A stretch of 64,000 nucleotides of DNA, from contig VRMN01000014.1 of the NCBI GenBank assembly GCA_008690995.1, positions 186,001-250,000 of the forward strand. The letters are read 5' to 3'. Positions 21,604-31,500 of the stretch are shown one piece after another. The position numbers and the translations under genes were made by a program. The stretch comes from Porphyridium purpureum. Its lineage: Eukaryota. A model generated the notes under the pieces. That model saw only the letters and a program-made list of their open reading frames with translations. It did no database searches and had not been told where the DNA came from. Position 1 is the first letter of the stretch, and each line of letters opens with the position of its first letter.

Positions 21604-24600
21604 ATGGCGGCTGCGTTGAGCATGGCGTGGCACTCAGGTTCGGTGTACTCGGTGGAATATTCGCCCGATGGCAAGCTCCTCGCGTCTGGTAGCCGGGACA
21701 ACACGATGAAGGTGTGGAACGCACAGACTTATGCGTGCGTGCGCACCGTGACGGGGCACGCAGATTGGGTGCGGGCCGTGCACTTCTCGCCCAATGGCAA
21801 GCTCATCGCGTCCGGCAGCCATGACAAGACGCTAAAGCTGTGGGATGCACAGACCGGCGCGTGCGCGCGCACAATGACGGAGCATGCAGATAGAGTGCCG
21901 ACGGTGCATTTTTCGCTCGATGGCCGCTTCATCGCGTCCGGCAGCAGCGACAAGACGGTCAAGGTGTGGGATGTATACACTGGCGCGTGCGTGCGCACCT
22001 TGATAGGGCACGAAGGTGGGGTACAAGCGGTTCACTTTTCGCCCGACGGCCAATTCATCGCGTCCGGCAGCAGTGACAAGACGATCAGAGTATGGGACGC
22101 GAAAACCGGTGCGTGCGTGCGGACAATGACGGATCACTCAGATTGGGTGCAGGCGGTGCGCTTCTCGCCCGATGGCCGGTTTATCGCGTCTGGCAGCAAC
22201 GACAAGACGATCAAGGTGTGGGACACAAAGACCGGCGCCTGCATGCGCAGCTTGACCGAGCACGCAGATGGGGCGCAGGCAGTGCACTTCTCGCCCGACG
22301 GTCGGTTCATTGCGTCCGGCAGTAGCGACAAGACGATCAAAGTATGGGACGCAAAGACTGGTGCGTGCATGCGCACCGTGACGAGGCACGCACATGGAGA
22401 GCAGGCGACGCAGTCTTCGCCGGATGGCCGGTCCGTCGCGTTCGGCAGCGGGGAGAAGACGGTCAAAGGACGGGACGCAAAGACCGGTGGGCGCGTGCGC
22501 ACTGTGACGGAGCGCGCACATGGGGAGCAGGCGCTGCACTCTTCACCCCATGGCCAGTTCATCGTGTCTGGCAGCCGGGATGAGGCGGTGAAGTTGCGGG
22601 ACGAACACACCGGTGGGTGGGTGCGCACGAAGACGGAGCACTCTGCGGGAATGCCGGCGATGCACTTCTCACCCGATGGCCGGTTCATCGGGTCCGGCAG
22701 CGACGGCAACACGGTCAACGTGTGGGACGCAAACACCGGTGCGTGTGTGAGCGCCATGACAGGGCACGCTGATCGTGTGCGGACGCTGCATTTTTCGCCC
22801 GATGGCAAGCTCATCGTGTCTGGCAGTGATGACAAGACGGTCAAGGTGTGGGACGTACAGACCGGCGCTTGCCTGCACACCATGGCAGGACATGCAGGTG
22901 TGGTGCGGGCCTTGCATTTCTCGCCCGATGGCAAGCTTATCGTGTCCGGCAGCCATGATCAGCTGGTCAAGGTGTGGGACGTACAGACCGGCGCGTGCGT
23001 GCACACCATGATCGGACACGCAGATTGGGTGCGGGCGGTGCAATTCTCGCCCAATGGCAAATTCATCGCGTCCGGTAGCGATGACAAGACGGCCAAGCTG
23101 TGGGACACAAAGACAGGCGCGTACGTTCATACCATGACGGGGCATGTACATGGGGTGCGGGCGGTGCAATTCTCGCCCAATGGCCGGTTCATCGGCTCTA
23201 GCAGCAGCGACAAGACGATCAAGTTATGGGATGCACAGACTGGCACGTGCGTGCTCACCATGCTGGAGCACAAAGCTTGGGAGCTGGTAGTACACTTTTC
23301 GCCCGATGGCTGTTTCATCGCATCGGGCAGCGGGGACAACACGGTCAGCGTGTGGGACGCTCGCACCGGCGCGTGCGTGCGTACGATGACAGGGCACACA
23401 GGTGGGGTGCAGGCGGTGCAATTCTCGGCCGACGGCCAGTCCGTCGCGTCCAGCAGCGATGACAAGACGGTCAAGATGTGGGATGCACACACAGGCGAGT
23501 GCGTCCGCACCGTGACGAGGCACGCTCATGGAGTGCATGCGGTGAACTGTTCGCCCGATGGCAAGTTTATTGCGTCCGGCAGCGATGACAAGACGGTCAA
23601 GGTATGGGACGTACAAACCGGCGCGTATGTTCATACCATGACGGGGCACGCAGATTGGGTGCTGGCGGTGCACTTTTCGCTCGATGGCTGTTTCATCGCG
23701 TCCGGCAGCAGGGACAACACGGTCAAGGTGTGGGACGTACAGACCGGCGCATGCGCGCGCACCATGACGGGACACTCAGGTGGTGTATGCGCGGTGCGCT
23801 TTTCGCCCAATGACCAGTTGATTGTGTCTGGGAGCAGTGATAGCTCGGTCAAGGTGTGGGACGTACAGACCGGCGAGTGCATTCGCAGCATGACCGAGCA
23901 TGCAGCAGGTGTGCAGGCGGTATGCTTCTCGCCCAACGGCCAGTTCATCGCGTCCGGCAGCGGCGACAAGACGGTCAAGGTATGGGACGCAAATACCGGC
24001 GCGTGCTTGTGCACCATGGTCGGGCTCTCGGATTGGTCGTTCGTGCGTGCCACTCGATACTTGAGTGGGTCGAACACTGGGCATTCAGATGGGGTGCAGG
24101 CGGTTGACTTCTCGCCCGATGGTCGCTTCATCGCATCCGCCAGCAAAGACAAGACAGTTAAGGTTTGGGACGCACGCACCAGCGCGTGGGTGCTTACGAT
24201 GACGGGGCACTCTGACGTTGTGGGGGCGGTGCACTTTTCGTTCGATGGCCGGTTCATCGCGTCCGGCAGCTGGGACAACACGGTCAAGGTGTGGGACGCA
24301 GTCACCGGCGCGTGCGTGCGCACACTAAACGGCCACTCAGATCAAGTGCGGGCTGTGCACTTCTCGCGCGATGGACGGTTCATCATGTCCGGCAGCCGGG
24401 ACAAGACGGTCAAGGTGTGGGACGCGCACACAGGCGAGTGCGTACGCACTATCGACGGGCTTTCAGGTCAAATGACTGCGGGGACTTATTCTTCAGGCAG
24501 CCATTCAATCGCGTCCGTTGGCGGCGAGATGGTCAAGGCAGGGGCTATTGGCGGTGTGAATGGCGGACCCGAACCTAGCTTTTTCGTTGCTTTCTTCCAG

Positions 24601-25755
24601 TGCTGTGATCAAGACTTCGACGGGTACCAAGCATTGGCTCGGTTATCGCCGCTGGTATCGGACGTGTCAGAGCTGAAAGTTCTGTACACGCTTGCGAGCA
24701 TAGCATTAAAGAATGGAGAGATTCAGGAGTTCCACGTGAAAGATCACATTGGGGGCATACTTCGACGTATCTCAAAGGAGTTCAAGTTTGACCAGGATTC
24801 GGAAGTGATGACGATGTTGAGCAATACTATTCTTCCAAAGCTCGAGCAAGACGGAGTGATCGACGCGCGTGAGCGGGTCCGGCTCGTGCATGAATTTACA
24901 AAAGGTAATGTGTTTGCAGACTTTCGTTATCTTACGCTGGAGGAGACGGTGACTGTCCAATCGAACCAGATTTCACAGTTGAAGGAGGCTTTGGTAGGTT
25001 TGAATCGGAGCATACGCAGTGTTGCCGATTACGCTGCCCAGGTGGACGAGCGGCTGCGATCCTTTAAGGGACTCTACCGCACGCATTTGAAGAGACGGGC
25101 GGCAATTTCAATGGCTTCGACTCTCATCTCTTTCATCCCGTTTGCTGGCGCTGGTGGGAGCAAGGTTCTTGACTGCGTGGTAGATTTTTCGTCAGTCGCG
25201 GACATTGTGTCGACTGCTTCTGAGCTAATTGAAGTCGAGGATATTGTCTTCAACATGATTGATGGGGCTGAGAAAAAGTGGATTGACCAGCAGCTCAAAG
25301 CGGCTGTACGTGATCACCATCTTGCTAGACCGCAAGTCGCTGTGATGGGAATGATACAGCTACTCAAGGCAATGGATAAGGGCCACGCTATGCGCGAGTT
25401 GGAGGGTCTGAAGGGGAAATACGCGAAGGTCGTGCAAAGCTCATCTACGCCCAGCTTAGTAGGACCTCCGGTCGCGTCGTTTAAGAACATCAGCAAATCT
25501 CGTGTTGAACTCCAGTCTCGCGATAGCCCAGCTGCCGTTGAAGGAGCAGAATGGAAACATGCATTTCTCGACATGTGCGCTTCCATGGAGGTGGACAAAC
25601 TTGACTATGACGCGGCGGCTGGTGTCGCTGCAGATTTGCTCGACGACCGGGTGGACTTTGGGCGGATCAAGACCGTGATGGAGTCGAAAGACCGCAACGG
25701 GAGCAATTCCATCAGCCTTTCAGAGTTTGTGTTAGCGATGAAGGCGCTCACATGA
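21604..25755 (+). CDS. WD40-repeat protein (22 highly similar 42-aa repeats plus 1 degenerate) with C-terminal helical/coiled-coil region and EF-hand
   Basis: Repeats of GH..WV.AV.FSPDG.FIASGS.DKTVKVWD at a 126-bp period; C-terminal EF loop DRNGSNSISLSEF. First ATG at 21604. Confidence 0.93.
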   Translation: MAAALSMAWHSGSVYSVEYSPDGKLLASGSRDNTMKVWNAQTYACVRTVTGHADWVRAVHFSPNGKLIASGSHDKTLKLWDAQTGACARTMTEHADRVPTVHFSLDGRFIASGSSDKTVKVWDVYTGACVRTLIGHEGGVQAVHFSPDGQFIASGSSDKTIRVWDAKTGACVRTMTDHSDWVQAVRFSPDGRFIASGSNDKTIKVWDTKTGACMRSLTEHADGAQAVHFSPDGRFIASGSSDKTIKVWDAKTGACMRTVTRHAHGEQATQSSPDGRSVAFGSGEKTVKGRDAKTGGRVRTVTERAHGEQALHSSPHGQFIVSGSRDEAVKLRDEHTGGWVRTKTEHSAGMPAMHFSPDGRFIGSGSDGNTVNVWDANTGACVSAMTGHADRVRTLHFSPDGKLIVSGSDDKTVKVWDVQTGACLHTMAGHAGVVRALHFSPDGKLIVSGSHDQLVKVWDVQTGACVHTMIGHADWVRAVQFSPNGKFIASGSDDKTAKLWDTKTGAYVHTMTGHVHGVRAVQFSPNGRFIGSSSSDKTIKLWDAQTGTCVLTMLEHKAWELVVHFSPDGCFIASGSGDNTVSVWDARTGACVRTMTGHTGGVQAVQFSADGQSVASSSDDKTVKMWDAHTGECVRTVTRHAHGVHAVNCSPDGKFIASGSDDKTVKVWDVQTGAYVHTMTGHADWVLAVHFSLDGCFIASGSRDNTVKVWDVQTGACARTMTGHSGGVCAVRFSPNDQLIVSGSSDSSVKVWDVQTGECIRSMTEHAAGVQAVCFSPNGQFIASGSGDKTVKVWDANTGACLCTMVGLSDWSFVRATRYLSGSNTGHSDGVQAVDFSPDGRFIASASKDKTVKVWDARTSAWVLTMTGHSDVVGAVHFSFDGRFIASGSWDNTVKVWDAVTGACVRTLNGHSDQVRAVHFSRDGRFIMSGSRDKTVKVWDAHTGECVRTIDGLSGQMTAGTYSSGSHSIASVGGEMVKAGAIGGVNGGPEPSFFVAFFQCCDQDFDGYQALARLSPLVSDVSELKVLYTLASIALKNGEIQEFHVKDHIGGILRRISKEFKFDQDSEVMTMLSNTILPKLEQDGVIDARERVRLVHEFTKGNVFADFRYLTLEETVTVQSNQISQLKEALVGLNRSIRSVADYAAQVDERLRSFKGLYRTHLKRRAAISMASTLISFIPFAGAGGSKVLDCVVDFSSVADIVSTASELIEVEDIVFNMIDGAEKKWIDQQLKAAVRDHHLARPQVAVMGMIQLLKAMDKGHAMRELEGLKGKYAKVVQSSSTPSLVGPPVASFKNISKSRVELQSRDSPAAVEGAEWKHAFLDMCASMEVDKLDYDAAAGVAADLLDDRVDFGRIKTVMESKDRNGSNSISLSEFVLAMKALT

Positions 25756-26226
25756 TTTCCATGTGTGCGCGGGCCAGTCTGATCAGTCTGGCGTTTCGGT
25801 ACGGTTTTTTGAATGAACCTCTCATGAGCATACTACATCACGTGTGCTTCGGGGCACGACCTGTCTACCAAGTCGGCTTGACAAGGCCAAAAGCACCGTG
25901 CAGCGGCCGCGCGTGCGCCACTCCCAGAAATATCCCAATCGTCCACGCCAGAGACTACCACGGCCGGCGCGGCTTCAGAAGCCGCCGGAGCACATCCACA
26001 TCGCCAGAGTTCGCCAACGCTGCGTGCAGGCATCCTGTCCAGCAGCAGCCGCGCGTCCATGCGCGCTGCGCAACCCGGCGCCGCGCAGACCGGCCTGTGT
26101 ACAGCTCTGTGTACAGTCCGTCGCTGACTTGTGTATGTAAATGGGGGCGTTTTAGTATGACGCGCCGAGCGGGGCGCGCGAGCGGGCGCGGGCGGTCGCG
26201 GGCGCGCGCGGAGCAACAGAGAGCCG

Positions 26227-26248
26227 GAGAGAGAGAGAGAGAGAGAGA
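26227..26248. repeat. (GA)n microsatellite upstream of LysRS
   Basis: Directly visible in the sequence. Confidence 0.9.
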
Positions 26249-26298
26249 GGAGTGACGTAGGACTGGAGAGTGGGTGGATCATCGGAGGGACGCGCGCC

Positions 26299-28128
26299 AT
26301 GTCGGATTCCGCGCAGGATGTGCCTGCAAATGGGGCGGCTGAGGCTGCGGCCGGCGCGGCGACGGACGGCGGGATGAGCAAGAATGCGCTGAAGAAGATG
26401 CTCAAGGCCGAAAAGGTCGCTGCCGCCAGGGCCGAGAAGGCGTCGTCCAGGGCGCTGGGAGCCGTCATGAGCGCGGGCGGTGACGCGCAGCAGCAGGGGG
26501 ACGCCGCGCCGGCGCAGGAAGAGCCCGCAGAAGACGAGCTGGATCCGAATCAGTACTTTGCCATGCGCGTCACGCGCCTCGCCAAGCTCGTGGAAGACGG
26601 TGTTAACCCGTACCCGCACAAGTTTCAGCCGACCCACACCCTCGCGCTGTTCATTCAGCAGTTCGCGGGCTTGGAAGATGGCGCGCGCGCTGACGACGTC
26701 GAAGTCGCCGTCGCCGGCAGGATCACGAACAAGCGCGCGAGCGGCCCCAAACTCGTCTTTTTTGACCTCAAGGCAGACGGGCTCAAGGTGCAGATCATGG
26801 CGCAGCACAACGTGTACAAGGACCAGGACCAGTTCGCGCACGACACTGAGCTGCTGCGGCGCGGTGATGTCGTGGGCATTGTCGGCGTGCCGGGCAAGAG
26901 TAAGAAGGGGGAGCTGTCGGTCTTCCCAAAGAAGCTCACATTGTTGAGCAGCTGTTTGCGCATGCTGCCAAAGTCCGCCGCAAAGGATCCAGAGGTGCGC
27001 TTTCGCCAGCGCTACCTCGACCTCTTGCTGAAGCCCGAGGTGCGCGACACTTTTTATCTGCGCTCGCGCGTTATCAAATACCTGCGCAACTTTCTTGACG
27101 AGCGTGGGTTTCTAGAGGTCGAGACGCCCATGATGAACGTGCAGGCGGGCGGCGCGACGGCCAAGCCTTTCATCACGCATCACAACGAGCTCAACTTGGA
27201 CATGTACATGCGCATTGCGCCCGAGTTGTACCTGAAGCAGCTTGTGGTGGGCGGCTTGGACCGCGTGTACGAAATCGGGCGCAACTTTCGCAACGAAGGC
27301 ATTGATCAGACGCACAACCCTGAGTTTACAGCCTGCGAGTTTTACGCTGCGTACTGGGACTACAATGATTTGATGGAGTTCACGGAGCAGCTCTTGTCAT
27401 CCATGGTTCTGGATTTGAAAGGCTCGTACAAGCTTACGTACCACCCGGACGGACCAGAAGGCCGTGAGCTCGAGCTCGACTTTACGCCACCCTTCCGACG
27501 GATCAGCATGGTCTCGGCCCTTGAAGAAAAGATTGGCATGAAAGTGCCCAGGGACCTGGACTCTGATTCGGCAAACGCAGCGCTGCGAGAAATCTGCGCC
27601 AAGCTCAAGGTAGAGTGTTCTCCGCCGCTGACCACGGCGCGCATGTTAGACAAGCTTGTTGGCGAGTACCTCGAAATAGAGTGCGTCAATCCGACATTTA
27701 TTTGTGACCACCCGGAAATCATGAGCCCGCTGGCGAAAAACCATCGCGATCTTGTCGGCATGACGGAGCGCTTCGAGCTGTTTGTGAACATGAAGGAAAT
27801 CTGCAACGCGTACACCGAGTTGAATAATCCGATTGTGCAGCGCGAGCGCTTCACGCGCTCTGCGCAAGACGCCGAGGAGGACGATGAAGCGATGGTGACC
27901 GACGAAGATTTCTGCACCTCGCTCGAGTACGGACTCCCACCCACAGGCGGCTGGGGCATTGGTCTCGATCGGCTGGTGATGCTCATGACCGACCAGAGCT
28001 CCATCCGCGAGGTCCTGCTTTTCCCAGCCATGAAGCCGCAGCAGTCTGTGCAGCGTGCAGGCGATCTGGTGCGCAAGGAAACGCTGGGCGCTCTGAGGAA
28101 GAGTTTAATTGGCCTCAACACGCAGTAA
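26299..28128 (+). CDS. KARS: Cytosolic lysyl-tRNA synthetase (class II)
   Basis: SKNALKK basic N-terminal extension, [45 protein letters not shown]. Confidence 0.97.
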   Translation: MSDSAQDVPANGAAEAAAGAATDGGMSKNALKKMLKAEKVAAARAEKASSRALGAVMSAGGDAQQQGDAAPAQEEPAEDELDPNQYFAMRVTRLAKLVEDGVNPYPHKFQPTHTLALFIQQFAGLEDGARADDVEVAVAGRITNKRASGPKLVFFDLKADGLKVQIMAQHNVYKDQDQFAHDTELLRRGDVVGIVGVPGKSKKGELSVFPKKLTLLSSCLRMLPKSAAKDPEVRFRQRYLDLLLKPEVRDTFYLRSRVIKYLRNFLDERGFLEVETPMMNVQAGGATAKPFITHHNELNLDMYMRIAPELYLKQLVVGGLDRVYEIGRNFRNEGIDQTHNPEFTACEFYAAYWDYNDLMEFTEQLLSSMVLDLKGSYKLTYHPDGPEGRELELDFTPPFRRISMVSALEEKIGMKVPRDLDSDSANAALREICAKLKVECSPPLTTARMLDKLVGEYLEIECVNPTFICDHPEIMSPLAKNHRDLVGMTERFELFVNMKEICNAYTELNNPIVQRERFTRSAQDAEEDDEAMVTDEDFCTSLEYGLPPTGGWGIGLDRLVMLMTDQSSIREVLLFPAMKPQQSVQRAGDLVRKETLGALRKSLIGLNTQ

Positions 28129-28587
28129 AAGTAAAGCGTCGCCCGTGTGTCGTGCGCCGCGTATAGCAAAACAACCGAGCGGGTGTTTATCTCGTGGTGC
28201 ATCTACTGACTCACGCGAACGAGCGCATCCGCCACATGAAGTCGCATTCCCGGCGCGGCGTGGAGAGCGGATGTTTCCTGTAAACGTGTTTGGCACACGC
28301 ATTGCACCAGCTGTGATCCCGCGTCAGACGTGTGACATGCGACCGGATGTGCTCCGACTTGCACCGTCGTGTGACACACGGACTTTTGCGGTTGAGTCCA
28401 CCGACCGGCGTTTACGTGGCGAGTCGGTGTGCGCAAGCGCGCTCCAGTCCCCTCCATCCGAGTGGATTCGCTGCGCTCCCCAGCGTGCGAAGCGTGACCA
28501 CATCGAGCGAGGCTCGCAGAAATCCGCGCGATCACAGTTACGGACAAAGAAGACTACTGGTTCTGCCTGGTAAGGACTGTGCGTGTC

Positions 28588-31500
28588 ATGCCGCAGCTCG
28601 ACCAAGGTCAGCGGCTAGATGAAGATCAAGGCCAGCAGTGCTCGAAAACGCCCGCGAATGCGAGGCTGAAGGCCGTTCTAGACACATTGGCCGAGTCGCC
28701 GCGTCCTTATCAAGTGAGTTTAATTGAACAAGCGGTTGAGAACAACGCGATCATCACGCTTCCCACGGGAGCTGGGAAGACGCTCGTTGCGGTTGGCGTC
28801 ATTCTCTATAGACACGAGACGCTCGGGCAGGCGAGAGATGTTCTTCAGCATGGAACAAAGCATGGAATTTGTGTGGAACGGACGGCGTCCACTCCACAAC
28901 AAGAGCAGCTCAGCAGCTGGCACAAGTCTAGTACGGTAGACTCCAAGCATGAGCGCGTTAGTCATGGAAGTCGACAAGATGTCACGGTGCTCGCGACTGC
29001 GCGTACGGTCTCTGTCCATTCACATGATTCGGATCAGCTTGGCATGCAGGAGACACCATCTTGTGCTGAAGTCGAAGCGGAGCAGACAGTTATACAAGAG
29101 AATACTGGCCGCGCTGTCAGTCGGAGCCATGAAACCTCCCCTGCATCCGCAAGCGAAAAGCGCAAGCATGATGAGAGCGGGCAAGTGTCTACTCCGGATT
29201 CCAAGCGGATGCACATGGATTACAATAGCGTTGCAGCGAACAAGGTTTCCTCGGACGCAGTCCATTTGGTTGAAGCAGAAAGATCTCCAAGGGCATATGC
29301 AGGAACTTCGAACATGTCGAATCGCATGCGGCAAATATACGATTCGCCACCGCCACAGCCGCCAGCTCCCGCGAGAAGAATCGCGGCCATGGTGGTCCCT
29401 CGCAAGCCTCTCGTGAGCCAGCAAGCAAAGTATATTCGCAGACTCAGTGGTTTACGGGTGTCCGAGTTCCACGGCGACTTGTCCGGGACTGAGCATTTCC
29501 GTGGTCGACGGGTGAGCATGTCTTCGTCTTCCACGAGGTCTCAGTACGTTGTCGACGTGCAGCAATGGAGTCCCGAGCGGTGGAAGCTCGTCCTTCAGGA
29601 AAGCGATGTCATTGTACTAACACCTCAATTGCTTTTGGATTGCTTGCGCCACAGTATGCTTTGTTTTGAAGAGATCCACACACTTGTTCTTGACGAGGCG
29701 CACCACGCGACCAAGAATAATCCGTACCGATGTCTCATGGTCGAATTCTACGCACTGTTCAAGAGGAACGTCGAAGTCTACAACTGGTCGGCAGACATTC
29801 TGCCTCGGGTGGTTGGCCTATCAGCAACTCCCGTAAAGAACATGAAGTGCAAGGACGACCCAGAGGCTAACGCTTTGGAAGAGTTACAGAAGCTCGAAGA
29901 TTGTTTGGACGCCAAGATACCAAACCTTCGAAAGAGCCACCGAGAATTTATCGAGAATGGATTGCACAAGCCGCTTGAACTGGTGGTTTCGTACCAGCCA
30001 TCTCTTCAACGAGCAATTGATTTGACCATGTTTGATCCAGAGAGCGCTCGGCACGACGCGGCATCTCTTGTCCTCGGCGAGATGGACGCCATGGTAATGG
30101 AGCTGTGTCAACTCGACTTTGAAGACGCAGAACAGGAGGCCGCGGCGCTGGTGACGGGCCAATACTCTCCAACCAGAAGCCTCCTTGCCATGTTTGAGCA
30201 CATCTCGCAAAATATTGGTCACGATGCTGCGCGTGCATTTTGGAACGCGTTCGCTTGGGAGATTTTGGGCACAGACGATGCGGCCGAGATTTATAGTTCG
30301 CACTTGCAGCACTTGGAAGGTACACGTGCATCGCTCTCGTGCAAAACAATCGAGCTTCTCCGTATTCTGTCACTTGAAGTGTCGCGCACGCAGTCAACTG
30401 GAGCCTATCCGTGTTGTCTCGTGTTCGTGTCGATGCGATGCACCGCCTGGGCGCTTCACCACGTGCTCGAAGAGCGCATCCGTGCTGCAGCTGCGGCGTC
30501 AAACGATGCTGCGCGGCTGCGCCCAAGCTTTGTCACCGGTCAGGGAAAATTTCTGAGGAAGCTCAAGCGCCAAGATGGTGATGCACGGCTTTTCTATTTG
30601 AGCAAACAGATTGAGAACATACGCCTTGGTCAGCAGGGCTTCTCGCTCCTGCGGCAGAAGAAGGAGCTCCAGCGCTTTCGAATGGGAGACGTGAATGTAC
30701 TCGTTTCCACCAGCGTACTTGAAGAAGGACTCGATATTGCGGACTGTAATACGGTGATCATGGCAGATGGCATCCGGAACTCTTTGCAGTACATTCAATG
30801 TCGTGGGCGCGCACGCGCGCCCGAGAGCACTTTTATTGTGCTGGTACCGGAGGGCGACCCGGATATAATGCGTCGCATGAATGAAAGCAAGATTAATGAC
30901 GGCATTTTGAGCAAGATTCTGCACGGGGACCTCACCAATGAAAAGAATTCAAGCATTGTTAAGTGGAATGGCCTTTGGGGATTGTTTGAAGGCCCAGGAG
31001 GATACCTTGAATCTGCAACGACACGGGCGCGTGTACCTGCCCAAGCGCTTACTGCTCTATTGCATCGCTACATGAACACGCATCGCGTATTTGATTCGGG
31101 ACGGGCCGGATCGGAGTTTGGATTCACGACACTCCTACGTGAACAGAGGCCTTCGAATGACGACGCAGAGAATGGTCTCGTGCGTTCAACAGTCAACGGT
31201 GGTGTGCATGTCGAGTATGTGCCGAATAATCCCCATCTCGACCCGGATGCTCAGCCAGTGCTGAATCCAAAGATTGAAATTCGAGAGATTAGGGATGACT
31301 GCCAGCGCTTGTGGAACGTTGCCGGCATTCCAACAAGGCTAGGGTGGCTTGAGGTGTGTCTGTCAAGCACACAGGAAGGAATACTTCGGAAGAGAGACAT
31401 CAACAATGTGTTGCACCTGCGCCTGGCAAGACGGCTGGTAGAGCTCGATGAGCTCGACGAATATCTTCTCCCTGCGGATCGCGCGTTGCAGGATAGGACC

